This document shows, piece by piece, positions 26,224 to 34,965 of a stretch of DNA of 64,000 nt; the first letter of the stretch is position 1; each line of letters opens with the position of its first letter. This DNA comes from an uncultured Thermoplasmatales archaeon. GTDB taxonomy: Archaea > Thermoplasmatota > E2 > UBA202 > DSCA01. Below the pieces are notes generated by a model. The model saw only the letters and a program-made list of their open reading frames with translations. It did not search any database and was not told the DNA's origin. The position numbers and the translations under genes were made by a program. Where the stretch lies: the NCBI GenBank assembly GCA_964414415.1, contig CAYPWJ010000003.1, positions 38,784-102,783 on the forward strand, in the 5' to 3' direction.

Positions 26224-26483
26224 AAGAGGCGGCCGACTTTTTCGACCTCTATCTGGGCGACGCCGTCGACGCTGGAGAGCGTGTCGACGAGGTCGTCGGG
26301 GCTCTCGTCTCCGGTGACGAGGTCGAGCATGACTGCCTTGAGGCCAAACGCGACGGGGGCGATGTCCGTCCCCTGGACCTTTGCGGTGTCCGGCACCGCC
26401 TCCACGACGCGTTCCTTGAGCGATTCGAGGTCCACCTCGGTACCGGTGGGCATGACTTTCAGGGTGATTCCGACGTCTCCCAT
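26220..26483 (-). CDS. ef1b: Elongation factor aEF-1beta
   Basis: MGDVGITLKVMP, PVAFGLKAV, VDGVAQIEV. Confidence 0.92.
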   Translation of the reverse strand: MGDVGITLKVMPTGTEVDLESLKERVVEAVPDTAKVQGTDIAPVAFGLKAVMLDLVTGDESPDDLVDTLSSVDGVAQIEVEKVGRLF

Positions 26484-26491
26484 GGTGTCAC

Positions 26492-26653
26492 CTATGGCCC
26501 CCGGAATCCGCACTCGGGGCATTCATAGGTGGCGGCTCGTTCCCGGCATGTGCTGCATCGGTTGATGGTGGCCCCGCATTCGGGGCAGGGAAACGCCACG
26601 CTTCCTCGTTCGACCAGTCCGCGTCCACATGAGACGCATCTTCCTTCTCGCAT
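26492..26653 (-). CDS. Small Zn-ribbon protein (DUF1610/HVO_2753-like)
   Basis: CVSCG, FPCPECG, RCSTCR, YECPECGFRGP; conserved neighbour of aEF-1beta. Confidence 0.85.
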   Translation of the reverse strand: MREGRCVSCGRGLVERGSVAFPCPECGATINRCSTCRERAATYECPECGFRGP

Positions 26654-26765
26654 GAGACGGGTATGTCGCTCCGTCATTTAAAGTTTACCGCCACGCTGCC
26701 CCCGGGAGACGCTCCATGCTGTCTCCGGCGCTGTCATGGAATCCGTCATTCCCCGTTGATATCTC

Positions 26766-28208
26766 ATGGACCGCCTGGTGCCCCGTGCCAAAAACTATAA
26801 ATCGATGGGGATATTGCACAACAGCACTATGAATCCGTTCCTCAACCCGTTCTTTCTGCTCCGGGTTGCGAAGGGCTACCTCACCGACGTCGACCGGGTG
26901 TGGAACCTGTCGCCGGGGCAGCTGCAGCGGTACCGGGACAGGGCCCTGTGTCGCATGGTGCGCTACGCCTACGAGGTCCCGGTCTACCGGGAGAAATACC
27001 GCGAGGCTGGCGTCCATCCCGACGACGTCTCAGGCGTCGAAGACATCAAGAAACTGCCGTATATCACCAAGGACGACCTCCGGCGGCATTTTCCCGACGG
27101 CATCGTCCATCCGCGTTTCAACACGGACAACGCGCACGTTGTCAGCACCTCGGGCTCGACGGGGCAGCCTGTCTCGCTGTATACCGACGTCTACACCGTC
27201 ATCAAGGCCCTGTTTGGCTTCATCCGCGAGCTCCGTGAATACGGCGTCGACTGGCGCCGCACACGGATGAGCGTCATCGTCGACCTGACGCCGGAGAGCG
27301 CCGAGGAGGCATATCTGAGCAGGACGGTGATGCCCTATCTGGGGAAGCTGTTCTCGTTTGACAACATGCAGATTTTGCATGTCGGGGACTCGCCCGACCA
27401 GCTGCTGCATCGCATCAACGACTTCCAGCCGGAGTTCCTCGGCGGCTATCCGGGTGTCCTGCGTGCGCTCGCCGTCCGGAAGCGCAAGGGCCACGGCGAC
27501 AACATCTCCCCGCGCGTGATGTCCTCGTCCGGTGCGGTGCTGGACGACTACACCAAGCGGTACATCGAGGAGACGTTCGACGCGCCTATCTACGACGTCT
27601 ACGGCTCGACGGAGGCAGGCCCGGCGGCGTTTGAATGCCGCGAGGGCAACTATCATATTCACTCCGACCTTGTCCATCTCGAGTTTCTCGACGATGACGG
27701 GAACGACGTCGAGGCCGGGCAGCCGGGCCACGTCGTGGTCACAAAGCTCTACGGCCGCGGGACGCCCGTCATCCGGTACACGGGCATGAAGGACTACATC
27801 ATCCCCCGTGACGACAGGTGTGACTGCGGCATCCAGACGCCGCTGCTCGGCATCGTCGGTGGACGCAAGGTCGACTCCATCGTGCTGGAGGGAGACAAGA
27901 TCATTCCGCCGTCGGCCATCACCGGCGTCCCGGGCAAGGTCATGCATCAGCTCGACACGGACAAGATCCAGCAGTTCCAGATCATCCAGAAAGAGATGGA
28001 CCACATCGAGATCCACATCGTCATCGACGAGCGCCTGCGCGACGTCGGCCCATCGGTGGAGGCCATTTTTGACGAGCTCAAGCGGCGCTACGACCGGATA
28101 TTCGGCGACGGCGTCGAGGTCGCGGTGAAAGAGGTCGGCCACATCAGGCAGAGCGGCCAGGTGGACACGCCGCCGCATGTCGTCATCTCGGACGTCCCGA
28201 TGGAGTAG
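26766..28208 (+). CDS. Phenylacetate-CoA ligase / CapK / F390-synthetase-like adenylate-forming enzyme
   Basis: STSGSTGQP, YDVYGSTEAG, GTPVIRYTGMKD, CDCG...GGRKVD. Confidence 0.78.
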   Translation: MDRLVPRAKNYKSMGILHNSTMNPFLNPFFLLRVAKGYLTDVDRVWNLSPGQLQRYRDRALCRMVRYAYEVPVYREKYREAGVHPDDVSGVEDIKKLPYITKDDLRRHFPDGIVHPRFNTDNAHVVSTSGSTGQPVSLYTDVYTVIKALFGFIRELREYGVDWRRTRMSVIVDLTPESAEEAYLSRTVMPYLGKLFSFDNMQILHVGDSPDQLLHRINDFQPEFLGGYPGVLRALAVRKRKGHGDNISPRVMSSSGAVLDDYTKRYIEETFDAPIYDVYGSTEAGPAAFECREGNYHIHSDLVHLEFLDDDGNDVEAGQPGHVVVTKLYGRGTPVIRYTGMKDYIIPRDDRCDCGIQTPLLGIVGGRKVDSIVLEGDKIIPPSAITGVPGKVMHQLDTDKIQQFQIIQKEMDHIEIHIVIDERLRDVGPSVEAIFDELKRRYDRIFGDGVEVAVKEVGHIRQSGQVDTPPHVVISDVPME

Positions 28209-28248
28209 CCGGCGCAGCTGTTTTATAGCGTCTGTCTGTTACCGCGGT

Positions 28249-28896
28249 ATGAAAGCGCTGGCGCTGGCGGTGACGCTGCTCGTCGCGCTGCCCGTCCCGC
28301 TCTTCGCGGCGCCGCAGCCCGCCGGGGAGGACGTGGTGCTGGTCACCGGGTTCGCGCCCTTCGGCCGGTGGGACAGCAACCCCTCCGGTGAGATAGCCCT
28401 CGCGCTGAACGGCACCACGGTTGACGGCGCCCGCGTCGTCGGCGTGGTGCTCCCCGTCGCCTTCAACGCCTCCTACATCCGGATGCAGGCGGCCATCGAG
28501 CGACACGACCCGGCGGCGGTCATCGCCCTCGGCCTGGATGGCAGCGCGTGTTCGATCCAGGTGGAATGCATCGCGGTTAACCTGCAGCATCCCTCGCCCT
28601 GGCAGCTCTCCCGTGTCAACGCCTCCGGCTCCGTGCTCCGCCGCTCGTCGCTGCCAGCCCGGGCCATCGCCGCCGCGATGCGCGGGGAGGGCGTCACGGC
28701 GCGCCGGTCATGGTTCGCCGGGCTCTACGTCTGCAACGACGTGTTCTACCGGCTGCAGGGCCACGCCGGACGCCACGAGGTGCAGGCGGGCTTCATCCAC
28801 GTGCCGCCGACGCCGATGCAGGAGCCCTACGGGATGGAGATGGCGGCGATGCTACGAGGCATCCGCACCGCGGTCAACGTCACCATGGCGACATGA
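28249..28896 (+). CDS. pcp: Pyroglutamyl-peptidase I (C15) with an N-terminal signal peptide
   Basis: VLVTGFAPFG..DSNPS and triad contexts ECIAVN (E), YVCNDVFY (C), GFIHVP (H); leader MKALALAVTLLVALP. Confidence 0.88.
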   Translation: MKALALAVTLLVALPVPLFAAPQPAGEDVVLVTGFAPFGRWDSNPSGEIALALNGTTVDGARVVGVVLPVAFNASYIRMQAAIERHDPAAVIALGLDGSACSIQVECIAVNLQHPSPWQLSRVNASGSVLRRSSLPARAIAAAMRGEGVTARRSWFAGLYVCNDVFYRLQGHAGRHEVQAGFIHVPPTPMQEPYGMEMAAMLRGIRTAVNVTMAT

Positions 28897-28907
28897 TTTT
28901 TTATGCC

Positions 28908-29216
28908 ATGGCTCGTTGCGGCTCCATGAAATGCGGCGTGGCATTCATCCGCGCCGTCGGCATGTACGGCAGCAGGAACGACACCAGGCGGCAGCTGGAG
29001 CGCTGCCTCAGGGACATCGAGGACGACGGGAACGACGCCTCGGCGGGCCAGCGCATCGAGCGGCAGCTGGAGGAATGCTTCAACGAGCCATTCTCGGTGA
29101 CGACGAGGAGCATCCAGAGGGTCAGGCGCATGGCATCGATAGAGATGAAATCTCTATCTTTAAATATGAGGTGGCCATTAGCAGACCCGTCGAGGGAGTC
29201 ACATGATACGGATTGA
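28908..29216 (+). CDS. Hypothetical protein
   Basis: G/C-rich third positions over the first 75 codons or so, with an internal RQLE.C repeat. The 3' end runs into the ferredoxin promoter, so the boundaries are doubtful. Confidence 0.3.
   Translation: MARCGSMKCGVAFIRAVGMYGSRNDTRRQLERCLRDIEDDGNDASAGQRIERQLEECFNEPFSVTTRSIQRVRRMASIEMKSLSLNMRWPLADPSRESHDTD
29138..29166. promoter_or_regulatory. Perfect 9-bp inverted repeat abutting a TTTAAATA box upstream of fdx-ggr
   Basis: GATAGAGAT-gaa-ATCTCTATC at 29138-29158, followed immediately by tttaaata. Confidence 0.55.
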
Positions 29217-29373
29217 CCGTGAGCGCTGTCTGCACTGCGGCGGCTGCGTCGGCCTCTGCCCGGTGGACGCGCTCACCCTGTACGGCGAACGGCTGGAGGC
29301 GTCGGAGGCGTGCACCGAGTGCATGATTTGCGTTACGTTTTGCCCGGTCGAGGCGCTGGAGGCGCCACAATGA
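29203..29373 (+). CDS. 2x[4Fe-4S] ferredoxin; absent from the ORF track
   Basis: Translated by hand: MIRIDRERCLHCGGCVGLCPVDAL...CTECMICVTFCPVEALEAPQ, two CxxCxxCxxxCP motifs. Confidence 0.92.
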   Translation: MIRIDRERCLHCGGCVGLCPVDALTLYGERLEASEACTECMICVTFCPVEALEAPQ

Positions 29374-30542
29374 AGAGCGATGTCCTGGTCGTCGGCGCCG
29401 GACCGGCGGGCAGCGTCGCCGCCATGGAGTTCGCCCGCCGCGGCTTCGACACGCTGCTCGTGGAAAAAAAGCAGGAGATCGGACCGCCGAAGCGCTGCGC
29501 CGAGGGCGTCTCCCAGAACGGTCTCGAGACGGTCGACGTCGACGTCGACATGGACGTCCACCGGCGCATCGAGGGCGCCTCGCTGTACGCGCCGTCGGGC
29601 AAACGCGTCGATATGAAGGGCGGCGACATGTTCGGCTACGTGCTGGAGCGCAAGGTCTTCGAGAAGCAGCTTGCCGCTCGGGCTATCGATGCAGGTGCCA
29701 CCTGCATGGTGGACACGCAGGCCCTGGGCATGCACCGGAGCGGCGACCGCTGGCGCGTCCATCTGCGTGGTCTCGAAGGCGAGCGTGACGTCGCGGCGCG
29801 GCTGGTCGTCGGGGCGGACGGCGTCGAGTCCAAGGTCGGCCGGTGGGCCGGCTTCCAGAGCGTCAACCGCCTGACCGACTACCACTCGGGAATCCAGTAC
29901 GAGATGGCCGGGGTGGACGTCGACAGCCGGCACATCCATCTGTTCTTCGGCACCGAGGTCGCGCCGCTGGGCTACGCCTGGATTTTCCCGAAGCGGTTCT
30001 CGGCCAACGTCGGTCTCGGCATCCTGGAGCGGAAGGCCGCAATGAGCGCCCATGGCTACCTCCGGCGGTTCATCGACAGCCATCCGGACATCTTCGCCGG
30101 GGCGAGCCCCATCGAGATAAACGCGGGCGGCGTTCCCGTCAATCATTTCACCGAGATGGTCGGCGCCGGCGTCATGCTCGTCGGTGACGCGGCGCAGCTC
30201 GTCAACCCCATCCACGGTGGCGGTATCATCAGGGCGATGCATTCCTCGCAGCTGGCGGCCGAGGTCGCTGAGCCGGCGCTCACTGACGGCGACCTGTCGA
30301 CGCGCCGCCTGCAGGAATACGTGCATCGATGGGACGAGGCCTACGAGGAGAAGACGGCGAAGCTGCTGAAGCTCCGCAGGTTCCTCGAGAAGCTGGAGGA
30401 CAAGGACTTCGAGCTGCTGGCGGACATCCTGGAGGGCGAGGACATCTACGAGCTGAGCCAGGCCCGCATCTCGTTTTTCATCAAGAAGCTGCTGAAGCGC
30501 CCGTCGCTGCTCGGCCTCGCCAGGAAATATCTGACGGAGTGA
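29370..30542 (+). CDS. Geranylgeranyl reductase (digeranylgeranylglycerophospholipid reductase)
   Basis: VVGAGPAGS, PKRCAEG, YVLERKVFEK, GADGVES, GYAWIFPK, LVGDAAQLVNPIHGGGI; preceded by a ferredoxin. Confidence 0.9.
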   Translation: MKSDVLVVGAGPAGSVAAMEFARRGFDTLLVEKKQEIGPPKRCAEGVSQNGLETVDVDVDMDVHRRIEGASLYAPSGKRVDMKGGDMFGYVLERKVFEKQLAARAIDAGATCMVDTQALGMHRSGDRWRVHLRGLEGERDVAARLVVGADGVESKVGRWAGFQSVNRLTDYHSGIQYEMAGVDVDSRHIHLFFGTEVAPLGYAWIFPKRFSANVGLGILERKAAMSAHGYLRRFIDSHPDIFAGASPIEINAGGVPVNHFTEMVGAGVMLVGDAAQLVNPIHGGGIIRAMHSSQLAAEVAEPALTDGDLSTRRLQEYVHRWDEAYEEKTAKLLKLRRFLEKLEDKDFELLADILEGEDIYELSQARISFFIKKLLKRPSLLGLARKYLTE

Positions 30543-30638
30543 CCGTGTCAGCGGGAGAGACCGATGGGCGCTGTCAACATCCGCGAGAGCGACCAGTAAT
30601 TTGAAATAACGACGCTGGATATGCAGCGTGGAGGCACC

Positions 30639-31871
30639 ATGAACAGCGACATTTTGAAACTCGTGATGTGTCTGGCGGTGGCGGCGCTTCTCGTTCCCCT
30701 GCAGGGCGTATCCAGCGGCGGCCGGTCCGTCGTCTGGCATGACGCCGCTGCACAGCACGATGAACGGCACGTGAGGCAGCCGTACGTCTGGGATGCCATT
30801 GCTCCCGGCGAGGCCGTCACCGTGCCGGGTGACCCGCCGGATCGCTGGGACTGGCGGAACGTGAGCGGCGACGACTGGACGACGCCTGTGAAGGACCAGC
30901 TGCAGGATACCTGTGGCTCCTGCTGGGCGTTCGGGGCGCTCGGCGGCCTGGAGGCCATGGTCAAGATATGGCATGACGATTCCGGGATGCAGGTTGACCT
31001 GTCGGAGCAGTACATGCTGTCCTGCTCGCCCGGCGACTGCGACGGCTGGTACTGGTTCAGCACGCTCAACTGGGTACAGCATCACGGCGCCATCCCCGAG
31101 GCGTGTCTGCCCTACGAGGCCGACGACACCGTTCCCTGTGACGCGAAATGCGACGGCTGGCGTGGGCAGCTGGTGGGCATCGAGCGCTACCACCACGTGG
31201 CTTCGGACCCGACGTCGATCCAGAATGCCCTCGTGACATACGGGCCGCTTCCCGCGAGCATGGACGTCTACGCTGACTTCTACCCCGACTATGACGGCGG
31301 GGTCTACGTGCAGCAGTCCGACGAGTTCGTCTTCGGGCACTGCGTGACCATCGTCGGCTACGACGACACCTGGGGCAGCCAGGACGAAGGCTACTGGATC
31401 GTCAAGAACAGCTGGGGAACCGAGTGGGGCGAGGACGGCTGGTTCAGGATCGCCTACGGTGAATGCGACATCCAGCAGAGCGCCTACTACTACGAGGGGC
31501 CCAACTATCCACCGGAGCAGCCGGGGCAGCCCGAGGGTGCAACCCGGGGGAAGCCAGGGGAGACCTACACCTATACCGCGGTGACAAGCGACGTGGATGG
31601 CGACGACATCCGCTACACCTTTGAATGGGGCGACGGCAACACCACCCGGACGGACTACGTTTCATCGTCGACCGAGGTCTCGGTCAACTACAGCTGGGCG
31701 GAAAAAGGCGCCTACAACGTCCGCGTCAGGGCAGAGGACCGCCACGGCCTGGACGGCAACTGGTCGACACCGCTGCCGGTCAGCATGCCGAAGCAGCACC
31801 CGGCTCCCGCGTTGCTCCAGCAGCTTCACAGCTGGCTGATGCAGGTGCTCCGCTGGCTGACGTTACCGTAG
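30639..31871 (+). CDS. Secreted papain-like (C1) cysteine peptidase with a C-terminal PKD domain
   Basis: WDWR, QxxCGSCWAF, DLSEQY, GHCVTIVGY, WIVKNSWG..WGEDG; signal peptide; PKD followed by a VSMPK tail. Confidence 0.9.
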   Translation: MNSDILKLVMCLAVAALLVPLQGVSSGGRSVVWHDAAAQHDERHVRQPYVWDAIAPGEAVTVPGDPPDRWDWRNVSGDDWTTPVKDQLQDTCGSCWAFGALGGLEAMVKIWHDDSGMQVDLSEQYMLSCSPGDCDGWYWFSTLNWVQHHGAIPEACLPYEADDTVPCDAKCDGWRGQLVGIERYHHVASDPTSIQNALVTYGPLPASMDVYADFYPDYDGGVYVQQSDEFVFGHCVTIVGYDDTWGSQDEGYWIVKNSWGTEWGEDGWFRIAYGECDIQQSAYYYEGPNYPPEQPGQPEGATRGKPGETYTYTAVTSDVDGDDIRYTFEWGDGNTTRTDYVSSSTEVSVNYSWAEKGAYNVRVRAEDRHGLDGNWSTPLPVSMPKQHPAPALLQQLHSWLMQVLRWLTLP

Positions 31872-32528
31872 CGAGGCACCGCTGCCGTCGACGAGTACCG
31901 CCATGTGGTCCCGGGAGTAGGGAGAGAGCGTCACCGCCTGCAGGATGGGATAGCGCTCCTTGATGCTGCGCTGCACCCTCCGGAAGACGTTTTTCGGTCG
32001 GGCGGCGACGTCGATGCTCCGTGCTTTCACCATGAGCATCCCCCGGAGCGGGGAAAAAAATGACATGTTTTTCAGGAATATGTCGACCTGGTCCTGCTGT
32101 GAAATGTCCTGATACACGAGGTCGGAGCTGCCGGCGACGTAATGCCCATACTGGCGGGGTCGCCGGGCGTCGCCAAGGACGGGGACGACGTTGTCTCGTT
32201 GCCGGCAGAGCTGCACCAGCTTGCGCATCGCTCGCTCTGACTTTTCGACCGCATATACGACACCGGGGGTGACGATGTCCGAGACGTGGGAGACCGTGGT
32301 GCCAGTTGCCGCCCCGAGGTACAGGACCGTGCTGCCCCGCCGGAGCGGCAGCACCTCGAGCCCGTTCTGTATCGCCGCGGCCAGCTTGCTCTTGTAGGGG
32401 CTCCATGAGCGGTATTCCATGCCGTCTATCGAGCGGCGCGGCTCGCCGTATACCGCCACGCCGGGCGTCAGGTTGCTGGTGTACAGCCGACCCTCGTGCC
32501 GGTACACACCAGGGTGGAGCTGCTCCAT
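31863..32528 (-). CDS. flpA: Fibrillarin-like rRNA/tRNA 2'-O-methyltransferase
   Basis: VYGE, YRSWSPYKSKLAAAI, VLYLGAATGTTVSHVSD, YQDISQQDQ, VKARSID. Confidence 0.95.
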   Translation of the reverse strand: MEQLHPGVYRHEGRLYTSNLTPGVAVYGEPRRSIDGMEYRSWSPYKSKLAAAIQNGLEVLPLRRGSTVLYLGAATGTTVSHVSDIVTPGVVYAVEKSERAMRKLVQLCRQRDNVVPVLGDARRPRQYGHYVAGSSDLVYQDISQQDQVDIFLKNMSFFSPLRGMLMVKARSIDVAARPKNVFRRVQRSIKERYPILQAVTLSPYSRDHMAVLVDGSGASLR

Positions 32529-32530
32529 GG

Positions 32531-33811
32531 TCACCGCACGCGGCGCTGAGCGACGTTGCACGCCACCGTCGAGGCGTCGAAGACCGGTGCCACCAGCGGG
32601 GCGTAGGCGGTCTCCACGTCTGCGACCTGTTCAAGCGTCAACGAGTGCTGGATGGCGACGGCGAAACGGTTGACGTGCTGCGCGGCTCCCGGCCCGACGG
32701 CCTGCGCGCCAACGAGGCGGCCGTCGTCGTCGGCGAGCACCTTCACCAGCAGCTTTTCTCCATCCATGTAATCGGGGAGGGTGCTGCCCGGGTATTTGCC
32801 GCTGACCGGCGAAAACGATAGCTCGTTGCTCGTCGGCCCCACCGCCGCGATTTCCAGGTCGAACAGCCTGGTGGTCCGGGCGTTGAGCAGCGGCGGCATC
32901 CTCGCGTCGCCGCCGACCGCATTCTGACCGGCGACGACGGCCTGCCGCACGGCGGTGCTGCCCAGCCCGACGACCGCCGTGCCGCCCGTGACATCCCGGT
33001 ACTGGGTGCAGTCACCGACCGCGTAGACATCCGGGATGCTCGTCTGGCAGCGCTCGTCCACCTCGATGGCTTTGTCGGCGATGTCCTCGGCCAGCTCGAC
33101 GTTCGGGCGGGTGCCCGTTGCGACGAGCACCAGGTCAGTGTCAAGGGTCTCCTCGGTGTCGTCGTGCTCTACGGTGACCTGCATCGGGCTGCCTGCCTCG
33201 ATCGAGGTGACGGGGCTGTCGAAGTGAAAGGTGATGTCGTCCGGCATGCCGCGCTGCACGACGCGGGCGACGTCGTCGTCGAGCATGTTGAGCAGCAGGC
33301 TCGGCAGGAATTCGACGACGGTGACGTCGAGGCCCAGATGATGGAGGGCCTCCGCCGCCTCCAGCCCGATGAGCCCGGCGCCGACCACGACGGCGTGGCT
33401 GCCCGCTGCGGCCTGCTCCTTGATTGCCGCTGCGTCGTCGAGCGTCCGGAGGAAAAACGTGTCGCCGCGTGGTTCAACCGGCGAAAACGGCGAGGCGCCC
33501 GTGGCGAGGATGAGCCGGTCGTAGGTCACGTCGCCGCCGTCGGTCTGCACGGCTTTGCCCTTGAAGTCGATGTTGGTCACCTCGGTGTCGAGGCGGAGGT
33601 CGATGTCCGCCGTGTTGAACCATTCCCGGCTGAACTCGATGGCGTCCTCGGGCGCGAGGTCGCCTGATACCACCCACGGCAGCGCGCACTTGGAGTACTG
33701 CGGGTATGGCCCCTTCTCGAGCATCACGATATCCGCCGTGCGGTCCTCCTTCCTGGCGAACTGTGCGGCCGTGGCGCCGGCGGCGCCGCAGCCAACGATA
33801 ACGAGTTTCAT
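32531..33811 (-). CDS. FAD-dependent pyridine nucleotide-disulfide oxidoreductase (CoA-disulfide reductase / NADH oxidase family)
   Basis: VIVGCGAAG, YSKCALP (single redox Cys), ILATGA, VVGAGLIGLE, VYAVGDC, ETAYAPL. Confidence 0.85.
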   Translation of the reverse strand: MKLVIVGCGAAGATAAQFARKEDRTADIVMLEKGPYPQYSKCALPWVVSGDLAPEDAIEFSREWFNTADIDLRLDTEVTNIDFKGKAVQTDGGDVTYDRLILATGASPFSPVEPRGDTFFLRTLDDAAAIKEQAAAGSHAVVVGAGLIGLEAAEALHHLGLDVTVVEFLPSLLLNMLDDDVARVVQRGMPDDITFHFDSPVTSIEAGSPMQVTVEHDDTEETLDTDLVLVATGTRPNVELAEDIADKAIEVDERCQTSIPDVYAVGDCTQYRDVTGGTAVVGLGSTAVRQAVVAGQNAVGGDARMPPLLNARTTRLFDLEIAAVGPTSNELSFSPVSGKYPGSTLPDYMDGEKLLVKVLADDDGRLVGAQAVGPGAAQHVNRFAVAIQHSLTLEQVADVETAYAPLVAPVFDASTVACNVAQRRVR

Positions 33812-34046
33812 GAGACTGGATAGCCCGGGCGCTTAAGTGTTTTTCGAGCGGCGTGCACAACAACCGTCATGGATGGAGCGCCGGGAGTGTTCCGGCAAAA
33901 CGAGGGGGGAAGACCCAAAAAAAGAAAATCTGGGTGGTGGAGGCATAAACGCTACCGGTCTTCCCGATCCCCTCAATGACCCATCCGGCAGGTTATTTAT
34001 ATATCTGTCGGTTTTTCTGCCGTATGATGACACACTGCTTGCAGGC

Positions 34047-34889
34047 TCAGCGCGATGCGGGAATCAGGTGGCTGCCGTCGCAGGTCGACGCATCAAAGGC
34101 AAAACCCTCGCGGCAGACGGCATAGGTCAGCCCCTGCCGCCGGCATGCTCGGCCGACTCGCCGCAGCAGTCGACGTCGCTGCTCTTCCGGGAGATAATAC
34201 GTGTTTCCCCGTTTGGTGAATCGCAGCTCGCTCAGTGCGTCCGGCAACGCGCGGTGCATACGCCGTAGTCCATCGTTGCGGGGTTTGACCGTCGAGGATA
34301 CGACGTGCTGACAGTAGGGAGCCACCGCCGCTACGATATCCTCGATGTCTCCATCCGTCAAACCGGGGATGACGGGGTCCAGCCGAACCGAGCATGGGAC
34401 GTCGTTCCCGGCGAGCACGCGCAGTGCCTCCAGCCGTTTGTCGGGCGGGGGCGCCTGCGGCTCAACGCGGGCGACGACGTCAGGCTGCAGCGACGTTATG
34501 GTCAGACTGACCGCTGCCCGCATGCCGGCGAGCAGCGCCGCGTCGCGGGCCACCAGCCCTGACTTGGTGACCACCAGGACAGGGACGTCCCGCTCCCTGA
34601 AGAGCTCGAGGCATCGCCTCGTCACCTGCTGCTCCTTTTCCATCGGCGGATACGGGTCGGAGCTGTTCGCCATGCTCACGTAGCGCCGCTGCATGTCCGC
34701 GCTGCGCAGCTCCCGGGCGAGCCGCTGCAGCACCTGCTCTTTTGTCCGTGCCTCGAACGGCCGGGGGATATAGGCGGTGATGTAGCAATAGAGGCATCCA
34801 TGCGGGCAGCCGGTGTAGGGGCAAAACGAGTACTTCGGCGGGCAGGTGCACCGGCTGCTGTTCCACGGGTCGAACGCGTTGAGCACCAT
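34047..34889 (-). CDS. Radical SAM protein (SPL/Rv2578c-like)
   Basis: PYTGCPHGCLYCY (CxxxCxxC), SSDPYPPME, VVTKS, VRLDPVIPGL. Confidence 0.82.
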   Translation of the reverse strand: MVLNAFDPWNSSRCTCPPKYSFCPYTGCPHGCLYCYITAYIPRPFEARTKEQVLQRLARELRSADMQRRYVSMANSSDPYPPMEKEQQVTRRCLELFRERDVPVLVVTKSGLVARDAALLAGMRAAVSLTITSLQPDVVARVEPQAPPPDKRLEALRVLAGNDVPCSVRLDPVIPGLTDGDIEDIVAAVAPYCQHVVSSTVKPRNDGLRRMHRALPDALSELRFTKRGNTYYLPEEQRRRLLRRVGRACRRQGLTYAVCREGFAFDASTCDGSHLIPASR

Positions 34890-34965
34890 GCATCGGTGCA
34901 TCGCGCCGGTGCTTTAAGGCTTTCCGCCATACTTTTTTAAACGCGTTCGCCATCACGATGGACAG

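Noticed and set aside
26220-26653. Zn-finger/aEF-1beta pairing and ferredoxin/GGR pairing as new systems
   Set aside because: Both are well-known conserved archaeal gene neighbourhoods.
28901-29131. 76-aa - strand ORF with TTTAAA upstream
   Set aside because: The Ser/Met-rich composition is typical of a shadow frame; the + frame looks more coding-like.
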